Positions 25,220 to 34,433 of a stretch of 54,441 bases of DNA are shown here, piece after piece. The DNA comes from Acidobacteriota bacterium (lineage in GTDB: Bacteria > Acidobacteriota > Vicinamibacteria > Vicinamibacterales > SCN-69-37), in assembly GCA_024640135.1 (NCBI GenBank), contig JAHEFO010000003.1, forward strand, positions 1 to 54,441, read 5' to 3'. Position numbers and translations under genes: made by a program. The notes beneath the pieces were generated by a model. It was given only the letters and a program-made list of their open reading frames with translations, was not told where the DNA came from and made no database searches. The stretch's first letter is position 1; every line of letters begins with the position of its first letter.

Positions 25220-26739
25220 CACGACGCACGAAAGTCCTCATCGCCAACCGTGGTGAGATCGCCGTGCGCGTCATGCGCGCCTGCCGGGAGTTGGGTCTCG
25301 GCACGGTCGCCGTGTACTCGGAGTGTGACCGGACGGCGCTGCACGTGCGGCTGGCGGACGAGGCGCATGCGATCGGGCCAGGCCCGGCGGCAGACAGCTA
25401 TCTCCGCATCGACAAGATCGTCGATGTCGCCGTCCGGAGTGGCGCGTCGCTCGTCCATCCAGGCTACGGGTTTCTCGCCGAAAACGAGGACTTCGCTCAG
25501 GCTTGTGCTGACGCGGGTCTGACGTTCGTTGGGCCGTCACCCAGTGCCATCGCGCAAATGGGCAGCAAGACGGCAGCGCGCCGAGTGGCGACGGCGGCCG
25601 GCGTGCCTGTCGTGCCTGGAACCGAGGACCCATTCGCAGACGATGCGCCGGATGCCATGATCGCGGCGGAGGCCCGGCGTATCGGGTATCCCCTGCTCGT
25701 CAAGGCGGTTGCCGGTGGTGGCGGAAAGGGCATGCGCACCGTGCGATCCCCGGCAGACCTGTCTGCGGCAATTCAGACGGCCAGGTCTGAGGCGGGATCG
25801 GCGTTTGGTGACGCCGCCGTCTATCTTGAACGGCTCCTGCTGAAAGCCCGGCACATCGAGATTCAACTCCTGGCCGACACATTTGGCACGGTCGTGCCGT
25901 TTGTGGAGCGCGAGTGTTCGATTCAGCGCCGTCATCAGAAAGTGGTGGAGGAATCGCCGTCACTGGCACTGACAGAACCCACTCGCCGGGCGATGGCCGA
26001 GTGTGCGGCGGCGGTTGCGCGCACGGTCGGGTACACAAGTGCCGGCACCATCGAGTTCCTGCTGGATGAAGACGGGGACTTCTACTTCCTCGAGATGAAC
26101 ACGCGTCTCCAGGTGGAGCACCCGGTGACGGAAGTCGTGACCGGCATCGACTTGGTTCAGTGGCAATTGCGCATTGCCCTCGGCGAGCGGCTGACGATCG
26201 ATCCGGCGCGGGCCATCACGCCGCGGGGTCACGCGATCGAGTGCCGGCTCTACGCGGAGGATCCCGATCAAGGGTTCATGCCGTCGCCGGGACTCGTGCG
26301 CGCGCTGAGCGTGCCCGGAGGACCCGGCGTGCGAGACGACCGCGGGGTCGCCGCCGGTTTCGAGATTCCGCTGTTCTACGATTCCATGATCGCGAAGCTG
26401 ATCGTGTCCGGCGACTCCAGAGCCGAGGCAATCTCCAGGCTGTCACGGGTGCTCGATGAGTACCGGGTGATTGGTGTCCGGACAACACTGCCGTTCTTCC
26501 GGTGGCTTGCGGCGCGGCCTGAGTTCATCTCGGGACAGTTCGACACGACCTACCTTGACACGCTGCTGGCTGAGCGAAAGGGCCAGGCCTTTGTCGAGGC
26601 GACCAGCGATGACGCCGATGATGTCGCCATCGTTGCGGCGCTGGCCGCGTGGTTTCGTGCGCATCAGGCGTCGGCCGGGGTCGCCACGCCGGCGGCCGGC
26701 GGTTGGCGGCGTGCGGCGCGCACGGAGGCCCTCCGATGA
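25216..26739 (+). CDS. Biotin carboxylase subunit (no attached biotinyl domain)
   Basis: [25 protein letters not shown]-grasp [12 protein letters not shown], and [14 protein letters not shown]. The GTG start at 25216 overlaps the upstream stop (GTGA). Confidence 0.9.
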   Translation: MTRRTKVLIANRGEIAVRVMRACRELGLGTVAVYSECDRTALHVRLADEAHAIGPGPAADSYLRIDKIVDVAVRSGASLVHPGYGFLAENEDFAQACADAGLTFVGPSPSAIAQMGSKTAARRVATAAGVPVVPGTEDPFADDAPDAMIAAEARRIGYPLLVKAVAGGGGKGMRTVRSPADLSAAIQTARSEAGSAFGDAAVYLERLLLKARHIEIQLLADTFGTVVPFVERECSIQRRHQKVVEESPSLALTEPTRRAMAECAAAVARTVGYTSAGTIEFLLDEDGDFYFLEMNTRLQVEHPVTEVVTGIDLVQWQLRIALGERLTIDPARAITPRGHAIECRLYAEDPDQGFMPSPGLVRALSVPGGPGVRDDRGVAAGFEIPLFYDSMIAKLIVSGDSRAEAISRLSRVLDEYRVIGVRTTLPFFRWLAARPEFISGQFDTTYLDTLLAERKGQAFVEATSDDADDVAIVAALAAWFRAHQASAGVATPAAGGWRRAARTEALR

Positions 26740-27242
26740 AGTTCGAAGTTGACGTGGCCGGCCGTCAGCGCACGGTCGGGGTCGATCGCGCGGCCGAGGG
26801 CGGGAAGTTCCGCGTGGTCGTTGACGGTCAGGTCCATGAGCTCGAAGCGCAACCGACCGCCCTGGGCTTGTCTGTCGTCTTCCAGGCTGGTGGCCGCTCG
26901 CTCGATGCCGCCGCGACCGAACGGTCCGGTGGCGAATGGCTGATCCAGCTGCCGCACCTCGACGTCGCCGTCGTCGTGGATGGCCAGCGCCATGCGCGGG
27001 GACGGCAGAACCGGGCCGGGGCAGACGGCGAGCAGCGGGTGACGGCGCCGATGCCCGGCCGTGTGCTGCGTGTGCTGGTCAAGCCCGGGGACAAAGTCGA
27101 GCATCGCCAGGGGCTTCTGGTGGTGGAAGCGATGAAGATGGAGAACGAACTCACGGCGCCCAAGGCCGGCACCGTCACTGAGGTGGCCGTCACCGAAGGG
27201 TCCTCGGTTGAGGCGGGCCGTCTGCTCGTGGTCATCGAGTAG
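26736..27242 (+). CDS. Biotin carboxyl carrier protein (biotinyl/lipoyl domain at C-terminus)
   Basis: EAMKMENEL biotinylation motif, preceded by APMPGRVLRVLVKPGDKV. I trimmed the start to ATG 26736 (ATGA overlap). Confidence 0.85.
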   Translation: MKFEVDVAGRQRTVGVDRAAEGGKFRVVVDGQVHELEAQPTALGLSVVFQAGGRSLDAAATERSGGEWLIQLPHLDVAVVVDGQRHARGRQNRAGADGEQRVTAPMPGRVLRVLVKPGDKVEHRQGLLVVEAMKMENELTAPKAGTVTEVAVTEGSSVEAGRLLVVIE

Positions 27243-27267
27243 TGTCGGGCTCGGGTAAGCTGAGAGG

Positions 27268-30200
27268 GTGACCGACGTCGAGACGCAGTCGACCGTGCCG
27301 CGGAATTCGCCGCGACGGCGATGGCATGCGCTGCGATGGTCGCGGCGAGCGATGCTGGTGCTGGCCGCCGTCAGTGCCGCGCTGCTCGTGTCCCTGTTCA
27401 CGATCGATCTTGGCCCCTACCTGAAGACCCGTGCTGAACAGATGGCGTCCGAGTATCTCGAACGGCCGATGCACATCGGCCGGCTGAGTGCGGCGTTGAG
27501 GCCTGGCCGGTTCGTGGTCGACGACGTGGTGATTGAAGGGCTCACGTCCGACGCCATCCCCTTCCTGAAGGCTGACCGCATCACCGTGTCCGTTCCCTGG
27601 TGGACGATGTTCCGGCGCGAACTGATTCTCGAAGTGGAGATGGACGGATGGGCGATCACGCTCGAAGGTTTTCCCGGCAACCGGAACAACCTGCCGCGGC
27701 TCAAGCCGGGCCCACAACCGCCAGGACCGAAGCGCTTCACGACCACCGTCAACTATGTCTGGGCGCGCGGCGGCAGGTTTCGGCTGATGGACCACGCGCA
27801 GCCGTGGGAAATCATCTTCGAAGACACGACGGTGAATTTCACACGGGCGCGCAACATCGACAGATACGTCGCCACCATCGACGTTCGGGGCGGCGTCAAC
27901 AACATTCTTCACTATGAGCCGATGCGCCTCGACTCGATGACCGCGCGACTGAGATTCGACGACGGCGGCATCATCGACGTGCAGGAACTCGAACTCGTGG
28001 CCGACGGTTCACGCAGCCGGATGCGCGGCCAGATCGAGGCCGACAAATGGCCCCAACAACGCCTGAGTTTCCAGACGACGTTCGATGTGGCCCGGATGAA
28101 GGAGATCTTCTTCTTCGGCCAGGATTTCACGGCCGTCGGCCGCGGGGAATTCAACGGGACGTTCAGCAAGTTTCAGAATGGTGACTACGATGTGAACGGC
28201 TCCTTCGCCACTCCGGCCCTCAACGTGAGTGGTCTGGAGTTTCCCGGACTCACCGGACGAGCGGTATGGGTCCCGAGCCGGCTCGAGGTCGTGGGCGCGA
28301 AGAGCGGTTTCTACGACGGAGACATGCGGCTGTCCTACGCCCTCGACAGCCGCGGCGACGCGCGCGGCACGGTTGCCGACCTGTCCCTCACTTATCAGGA
28401 TGTGGACCTGGCCGCGTTCGGAAGGGCCATGGCCTGGGAGGGTTTTGAATTCGGCAGCCGCGCCGACGGCTGGCAGACCCTGACATGGCCGAGCGGCCGA
28501 TTCGCCGACATGCGCGGCGACGGCGAAATCCGAGCCAGGCCGTCCGACGGCCGTGCGCTGGCTGAGGCCGCGCTGCCGGAGTCCGCGACGTTCGCGCCGA
28601 AGGAGGATCCGTTTGTCAAGGAACGGCCGCTGGGGCCTGCGCCCGTTGGCGGCCGCGTGACGTACAGCCTGACGCCGGACAGCATCGAACTGGCTGACAG
28701 TTGGCTCGCCACTCCGGAGACCCACCTGTCGTTTCAGGGTCTCACCGGATGGCACGACAACGCCAATATTCCGCTTCGCGTGGTCAGCACCGACTGGCAG
28801 GCGACCGATCGGCTGCTCGCCGCGGTCCTGACGGCGTTTGGGTCGCCGACAGGGGCCATCGAAATCGGCGGGCGAGGCGTGTTTGACGGCACGCTGACCC
28901 GCTGGTTCAGCCGTCCGCTGATTGTCGGCCACTTCGAAGGTGAGGGGCTGCGTGCGTGGGATGTGGTGTGGGGCCGGGGGCAAGCCGACGTGTCCGTCGA
29001 GAATAGTTACGTCACCGTGACGAACAGCCGCCTCGGTGAAGGCACGTCGCGGCTCGCTGCCGACGGCAAGTACTCGCTCGGATACCCCCGCGCCGATGGC
29101 GGCGAAGAAATTGACGCCAGGATTACCGCGGAAAGTTGGCCTCTGGTTGACTGGCGGCACTTCTTCGAACTGGACGATTGGCCGGTCGAGGGAACGATGT
29201 TCGCAGACATCCGGATCTATGGCCGATACCGTGGACCGGAGGGATTCGGCGTCCTGCGTGTCGAGCCTGGAACCGCATGGGAGGAGACCTTTGAGTCGTT
29301 TACCAGCCGCCTCTCGTTCGAGACGGAGGGGATGCGGGTTGATGGCGCTGAACTCATCAAGAGCACAGGGTTCGTGCGTGGCGCGGCGTATATCGGATGG
29401 CCGGAGACCAAAGGCGGGTGGGGGACCTACAGCTTCACCTTCGACGGCGAGAAGATTCCGGTGGAGTCGCTTGTCAGTTTCACCGTTCCGGATGCCGACC
29501 TGACCGGCGTCCTGAACTTCACCATGCTGGGCAGTGGCAGCACGGAGCATCCCCGATACGAGTGGGACGGGCGCGTCGCTGATTTGTTCTGGGCGGATGA
29601 AGGGATTGGCCAGGCCACCGCACACCTGATCATTCAGGAGGACGCTGTGACGATCGAGCGCCTCGATGTGGCGTCCGACCGTCTTGCGGTGTCGGGATCG
29701 GGCCAGGTGGCGATGAATGACACGTACGACGCGGAGGTCTCGCTGCGCTTCAACGAGACCTCGATTGATCCCTACCTGCGTTTTGTTGCGCCTCAGCTCT
29801 CGCCCTACACGCAGGCCGTCGTCAGTGGGGCGGTGCGCATCAGGGGCGAGCTGGCCAATCTGTCTCGGCTCGGTGTGGACCTGACACTCGATCGGGCTGA
29901 CTTGCGCCTGTTTGACTACACGTTGTCCAACCCCGTCGACCGCGATGACGTGCGCGTGCCCATCCGCATGTCCTTCCTCGAAGATGTGCTGACGATTTGT
30001 GGTGTCGTGCCCGGCTCGGTGACCGGGCCCTGCGCCGGGTCGGCCGGCGCGTTCACGCTGGCGGGGGAGGGGACGAGCCTGACTTTTGGCGGCCAGGTGA
30101 ATCGCGCCATGTCCACACTTGACGTGTCCATCGACGGGACGAGCAACCTGGCCATTCTGCAGGGTGTGGTGCAGGACGTGCGCAGTTCCGGTGATGCGAC

Positions 30201-31470
30201 AGTGGCCGCCCGTGTGACCGGCACGTTCGAGGCGCCCGTCTACGCAGGGCGGGCAACGATCGTGGATGGCCGGTTGCGGCATTTCTCGTTCCCCCACAGC
30301 CTCGACAACATTCACGGCGCGGTGCAGTTTGACGAATCCGGCGTGAGGGTTGACGGGCTGCGCGCGCACATGGGCACGGGCGGGCGGAGCGGCGGGGGCG
30401 AAATCATCTTCGGCGGTTCGATCGGCCTGGAGGGTTTTGTGCCCAGCGCCTTCAACGTGACGGCCAGAGGTGATGGTTTGGACCTCCGTTTCCCCGAGGG
30501 CTTTCGCTCGATTGTTGACGCCGATCTTTCGGTGACGGGCACGACGGCGGACACGGTCCTGGCCGGCCGGGTGACGGTGCGACAGGCCCGGTACACCCGC
30601 CGCTTGCAGAGTAATGCGGGATTGCTCGGGTTCGCGTCCGGGGGCGGGTCCGATCTGGCATCCGCTGCCGCGCCGGCGGTGCCGACCGAGTTGCCCATCA
30701 GTTTCGACGTCGAGTTGGTGGGGCAGCGCCTTCTGGTGATCGACGACAGTGACGCAACAATCATCGTTTCACCTGACCTGACGCTGACGGGCACTCTCGA
30801 CAATCCCGCGCTGTCAGGTCGTGTCGACATCGATCGCGGCGAAACGGAGTTTCTCGGAAACCGGTACACGATTGATGGCTCGGTCGAGTTCCTGAATCCG
30901 AATCAAATCGAGCCCTACTTCGTCATCGAAGCCCGGACGCAGATTCGGCAGCCCCTGCAGGAATATCGCCTGACGCTGACCTTCCAGGGCACATTGGATC
31001 AATTCACCTACAATCTGGACGCCGATCCGCCGCTGTCGGAGACAGATGTCATGTCGCTCATTCTCGGGCAGAATCCCAATCTTCAGCGCGCTGAATTGCG
31101 TGCTCTGGAGGCGCAGGAAGCTCAGAATCAGCTCATGTCCTCCATGGTGGCGCAGTTGGTCGCCAGTCCGATCTCCACGCAGGTCGGCCGCGTCGTGGAG
31201 CGCACCGGCCTTGTGGACACATTCAGTGTGACACCGCTGCTTGGCCCTGACGCTTCCTTGCAGACGCTTAACCCCGGGGCCCGTGTCACCGTCGGCAGGC
31301 GCATCTCACAACGCGTCTATCTGACCTACTCGCGCTCTCTCGACAACACGACCCTCGATCACGAAATTCTCCTGCTGGAGTACGCCCAGAACGAGCGCAT
31401 GTCCTGGGTGCTGTCGCGCAACGAAGACGGCACCTTCGCGCTCGATTTTCGAGTGCGGTACAGATTCTGA
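27268..31470 (+). CDS. tamB: TamB-like translocation and assembly module protein (AsmA-like, DUF490-type C-terminus)
   Basis: 1400 aa with a single N-terminal TM anchor (AMLVLAAVSAALLVSLFTI), a long beta-rich repetitive body, and a C-terminus ending ...FALDFRVRYRF. It lies immediately upstream of bamA. The start is GTG. Confidence 0.8.
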   Translation: MTDVETQSTVPRNSPRRRWHALRWSRRAMLVLAAVSAALLVSLFTIDLGPYLKTRAEQMASEYLERPMHIGRLSAALRPGRFVVDDVVIEGLTSDAIPFLKADRITVSVPWWTMFRRELILEVEMDGWAITLEGFPGNRNNLPRLKPGPQPPGPKRFTTTVNYVWARGGRFRLMDHAQPWEIIFEDTTVNFTRARNIDRYVATIDVRGGVNNILHYEPMRLDSMTARLRFDDGGIIDVQELELVADGSRSRMRGQIEADKWPQQRLSFQTTFDVARMKEIFFFGQDFTAVGRGEFNGTFSKFQNGDYDVNGSFATPALNVSGLEFPGLTGRAVWVPSRLEVVGAKSGFYDGDMRLSYALDSRGDARGTVADLSLTYQDVDLAAFGRAMAWEGFEFGSRADGWQTLTWPSGRFADMRGDGEIRARPSDGRALAEAALPESATFAPKEDPFVKERPLGPAPVGGRVTYSLTPDSIELADSWLATPETHLSFQGLTGWHDNANIPLRVVSTDWQATDRLLAAVLTAFGSPTGAIEIGGRGVFDGTLTRWFSRPLIVGHFEGEGLRAWDVVWGRGQADVSVENSYVTVTNSRLGEGTSRLAADGKYSLGYPRADGGEEIDARITAESWPLVDWRHFFELDDWPVEGTMFADIRIYGRYRGPEGFGVLRVEPGTAWEETFESFTSRLSFETEGMRVDGAELIKSTGFVRGAAYIGWPETKGGWGTYSFTFDGEKIPVESLVSFTVPDADLTGVLNFTMLGSGSTEHPRYEWDGRVADLFWADEGIGQATAHLIIQEDAVTIERLDVASDRLAVSGSGQVAMNDTYDAEVSLRFNETSIDPYLRFVAPQLSPYTQAVVSGAVRIRGELANLSRLGVDLTLDRADLRLFDYTLSNPVDRDDVRVPIRMSFLEDVLTICGVVPGSVTGPCAGSAGAFTLAGEGTSLTFGGQVNRAMSTLDVSIDGTSNLAILQGVVQDVRSSGDATVAARVTGTFEAPVYAGRATIVDGRLRHFSFPHSLDNIHGAVQFDESGVRVDGLRAHMGTGGRSGGGEIIFGGSIGLEGFVPSAFNVTARGDGLDLRFPEGFRSIVDADLSVTGTTADTVLAGRVTVRQARYTRRLQSNAGLLGFASGGGSDLASAAAPAVPTELPISFDVELVGQRLLVIDDSDATIIVSPDLTLTGTLDNPALSGRVDIDRGETEFLGNRYTIDGSVEFLNPNQIEPYFVIEARTQIRQPLQEYRLTLTFQGTLDQFTYNLDADPPLSETDVMSLILGQNPNLQRAELRALEAQEAQNQLMSSMVAQLVASPISTQVGRVVERTGLVDTFSVTPLLGPDASLQTLNPGARVTVGRRISQRVYLTYSRSLDNTTLDHEILLLEYAQNERMSWVLSRNEDGTFALDFRVRYRF

Positions 31471-31472
31471 CG

Positions 31473-34421
31473 ATGCGGCAGTTACAGGTGCGTGTTCTCC
31501 GGGCGGCGTTGGTGATCGCCACTTCGATCCTGCCGATGGCCGCGAGTGCCCAGCTGGTTCAATCCGTGCCGGATGTCAGTGCGTGGGTAGGACGGGTGAC
31601 GACCGCGGTGCGCATCGAAATCGAGGGGCAACCGGTCAACGAAACCGGGCTGGCTGCGTTGTTTGCCGTGCGTGTGGGCACGCCCCTCTCTGAGGGTGAC
31701 GTGCGCGAGACCCTCGCGCACATCGGCAGCCTCGGCCGCTTCGAAACGGTGACGGTATCGGCGATACCCGATGGCGACGGAGTCATCCTGGTGTTCTCGC
31801 TGAGTCCGCGGCATCCCATCGATCGAATCGAATTTCGCGGAACGCTCGGCCTGGATCGGCGATCGCTTGAGCGGGCCGTGCTGGAGCAGGCCGGCGGCCG
31901 CTTGTCGGGGATTGTCGTCAGCGCGGCCGCGACGGCCGTTGCGCGACTGCTCGCCGACGAAGGGTTCTTCCGGCCCAGGGTGACGCCGTCGCTCGAGTCA
32001 ACCCATGAGGCGCACCGGTCCTCGCTCGTCTTCGACGTGGAGGCCGGGCCGAGACAGCGGATTGGCGGCATTGCGGTGACCGGCGCTTCGCCGCTGTCAG
32101 CAGAGGAAGTCATTCGTGCGGTCCGGATCAGTACGGGAGCGCCGTACCGGCGCCGCGCGCTCGAAGACGGGCTACGGGCCGTCGCGGAAGGGCTGCGCGC
32201 CCGTCGCCATTATGAGGCGTCGGCCAGCCACTTCGCGATTGGCGACGGCGAGGTGGTCGATGTGACCCTGACGGTCGAGGCTGGGCCGATTGTCGACATC
32301 GTGGCTACCGGTGATCCGTTGCCCTCGGGGGGACTCGATCAATGGATTCCGATCCGCCGCGAGAACTCCGCCGACGACGATCTCCTCGAGGATTCGGCGT
32401 TCCGGATTCGCAGCGCCCTGCAGCGTGAGGGGTACTGGCGGGCGCGCGTCGACGTGCAGCGCCTGGAGCAGCCGGAGGCGGATCGTGTCCTGGTCACGGT
32501 GAACGTCCAGCGCGGCCGGCGATACCAACTGCGGGCCGTGTCAGTCAGCGGTGAGTCGTATTTCGACGAGGCTGACGTGCACGAGTTGCTCGCGCTGCGG
32601 CTGGGCGAACCCTACCGGGAGGACGAGGTGGACGCGCGCGTTCAGGCCCTTGTGGCGGCGTACGCGTTCGCCGGTTTCGCGGCCAGCGTGGATGTCATCC
32701 CGGAAGAGGTCCCGGCGACACGCGACGATCAGATCGGTGAAGTCAACGTGTATCTCACGATCGTTGAAGGCCCCGCGAGGTCCGTCGGGGAGGTGATCGT
32801 GACGGGGGTGAGCCAGATTCCCGAGGCCGACGTGCGCCGCGCCATCCGATCGCGGTCTGGACAGCCGCTGCGCGACAGTCAGGTCCGGCAGGATCGACTG
32901 GCGATTGAGACGCTCTACCGCAACGCCGGTTTCTTGTCCGCGTCCGTGCGTGCGAACCTGGCGGACGGCCCGGTGTTCACCGTGACATTCACGGTGGTCG
33001 AGGGCGCGCAGACCATCGTTGACCACGTCATCGTCGTCGGCAACTCGCGCGTGAACACCCGGACCATTCTGAATCAGGTCACCCTGAAGCCCGGCAGGCC
33101 CTTCGGCCTGGCCGAGCGCGCCGAGAGCCAACGGCAGCTCAACGAGCTGGCGATCTTCCGCAGGGTCAATATCAGCCCGGCGCCTGGCGCTGTTGATGAC
33201 AATCGCGTCGATGTGATTGTTCAGGTCGAGGAAGCGGCGGCCACAACCATCGGTTACGGCGGGGGGCTTGAGTTTGGCCGCCGGCTTCGCACGATCGACA
33301 CGGGCGTTGAAGATCGGTTCGAGTTCGCCCCGCGCGGATTCCTGGAACTGGGACGGCGAAATCTGTTTGGTGGAAATCGATCGGTGAACCTGTTTTCCCG
33401 CGTCAGCTTCCGTCCGAACAACGAGCCGGCCGATTCGTCGCGTGATGGGCGCGGTTTCGGCCTGAGCGAGTACCGGGTGACGGCCAGCTATCGCGAAGCG
33501 CGCGCCTGGCGGTCGAATACCGATGTGGTGGTGAGCGCGACCGCCGAACGCGCGATTCGCACGTCGTTTACGTTCGTGCGGCGCGCGGCGAATGCCGAGG
33601 CCCTGCGGCGTGTGTCCAGGAGAATGAGCATCTTCGGCCGGTATGCGCTGGATTCGACCCGCTTGTTTGACACGAGGATCTCCACAGAAGATCAGCCCCT
33701 CATCGACCGCCTGTTTCCGCAGATTCGTCTGTCTTCCGTCTCGAGCGGCATCGTGTGGGACAACCGGGATGACGTCCTGGATCCCACGAGTGGAGGCTGG
33801 GTGAGTGTGGATGCGGAGCTTGCCTCGAGGTCGCTGGGGTCCGAGGTGGGTTTCGTGAAGACGGTCTTCCAGGCGACCGGATTCCGGCGCGTCACGAGAG
33901 CCAATCGTGTCGTGCTGGCCGGCCGGGTGCAGGTGGGCCTGGCGCGAGGGTTTGCCAGGCAGGTGACCCGCCTCGGCGCTGACGGACAGCAACTGGCGGA
34001 CGCTGATGGGGAACGCATCACGGAGACCGTGGCCGACCTGCCGGCCGGGCGGCGCTTCTTCTCGGGCGGCAGCACCAGTGTCCGAGGCTATCAGCAGGAT
34101 CGACTCGGAGTGCCGGGTGTGCTCAATGCCGCAGGCCTGTCGAATGGCGGCAACGGGTTGGTGGTCCTCAATGGCGAGGTGCGCACACTGGTGTGGCCTA
34201 CGGTATCGCTGGTCGGCTTCATCGATGGCGGAAACGTCTTCGCGCGCGCGGGCGACATCAGGCCTGCCGACTTCAGGGGTTCTGTCGGACTGGGTGTCCG
34301 CTACCGGTCCCCGTTGGGGCCGCTCCGCCTGGATTTCGGATTCAAGCTCGACCGTCGATTTGTCAGCGGAAAACGCGAACGGGGCTGGGAGTTCCATCTG
34401 AGCATCGGCGAGGCATTCTGA
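31473..34421 (+). CDS. bamA: Outer-membrane protein assembly factor BamA (Omp85) with about 7 POTRA-like repeats
   Basis: Signal peptide. Repeated units each end in an (I/L/V)x(V)xEG(P/A)-like strand (FDVEAGPRQRI, LTVEAGPIVDI, VNVQRGRRYQL, LTIVEGPARSV, FTVVEGAQTIV, VQVEEAAATTI). The Omp85 barrel has the GGSTSVRGY motif and ends in a terminal Phe (GEAF). Confidence 0.9.
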   Translation: MRQLQVRVLRAALVIATSILPMAASAQLVQSVPDVSAWVGRVTTAVRIEIEGQPVNETGLAALFAVRVGTPLSEGDVRETLAHIGSLGRFETVTVSAIPDGDGVILVFSLSPRHPIDRIEFRGTLGLDRRSLERAVLEQAGGRLSGIVVSAAATAVARLLADEGFFRPRVTPSLESTHEAHRSSLVFDVEAGPRQRIGGIAVTGASPLSAEEVIRAVRISTGAPYRRRALEDGLRAVAEGLRARRHYEASASHFAIGDGEVVDVTLTVEAGPIVDIVATGDPLPSGGLDQWIPIRRENSADDDLLEDSAFRIRSALQREGYWRARVDVQRLEQPEADRVLVTVNVQRGRRYQLRAVSVSGESYFDEADVHELLALRLGEPYREDEVDARVQALVAAYAFAGFAASVDVIPEEVPATRDDQIGEVNVYLTIVEGPARSVGEVIVTGVSQIPEADVRRAIRSRSGQPLRDSQVRQDRLAIETLYRNAGFLSASVRANLADGPVFTVTFTVVEGAQTIVDHVIVVGNSRVNTRTILNQVTLKPGRPFGLAERAESQRQLNELAIFRRVNISPAPGAVDDNRVDVIVQVEEAAATTIGYGGGLEFGRRLRTIDTGVEDRFEFAPRGFLELGRRNLFGGNRSVNLFSRVSFRPNNEPADSSRDGRGFGLSEYRVTASYREARAWRSNTDVVVSATAERAIRTSFTFVRRAANAEALRRVSRRMSIFGRYALDSTRLFDTRISTEDQPLIDRLFPQIRLSSVSSGIVWDNRDDVLDPTSGGWVSVDAELASRSLGSEVGFVKTVFQATGFRRVTRANRVVLAGRVQVGLARGFARQVTRLGADGQQLADADGERITETVADLPAGRRFFSGGSTSVRGYQQDRLGVPGVLNAAGLSNGGNGLVVLNGEVRTLVWPTVSLVGFIDGGNVFARAGDIRPADFRGSVGLGVRYRSPLGPLRLDFGFKLDRRFVSGKRERGWEFHLSIGEAF

Positions 34422-34433
34422 TCCGACGGTGGG

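Noticed and set aside
28009-30369. 786-aa ORF antisense to tamB. Similar long shadow ORFs occur at 32541-34397 (antisense bamA), 8523-9836 (antisense bEBP), 19698-20660 (antisense hslU), 22393-23741, 24413-25222, 45190-46155, 49976-51064 and 52743-53438.
   Set aside because: These are typical GC-rich shadow frames. Their translations are dominated by Arg/Pro/Gly/His with no recognisable motifs, and each is fully covered by an opposite-strand gene with clear family signatures.
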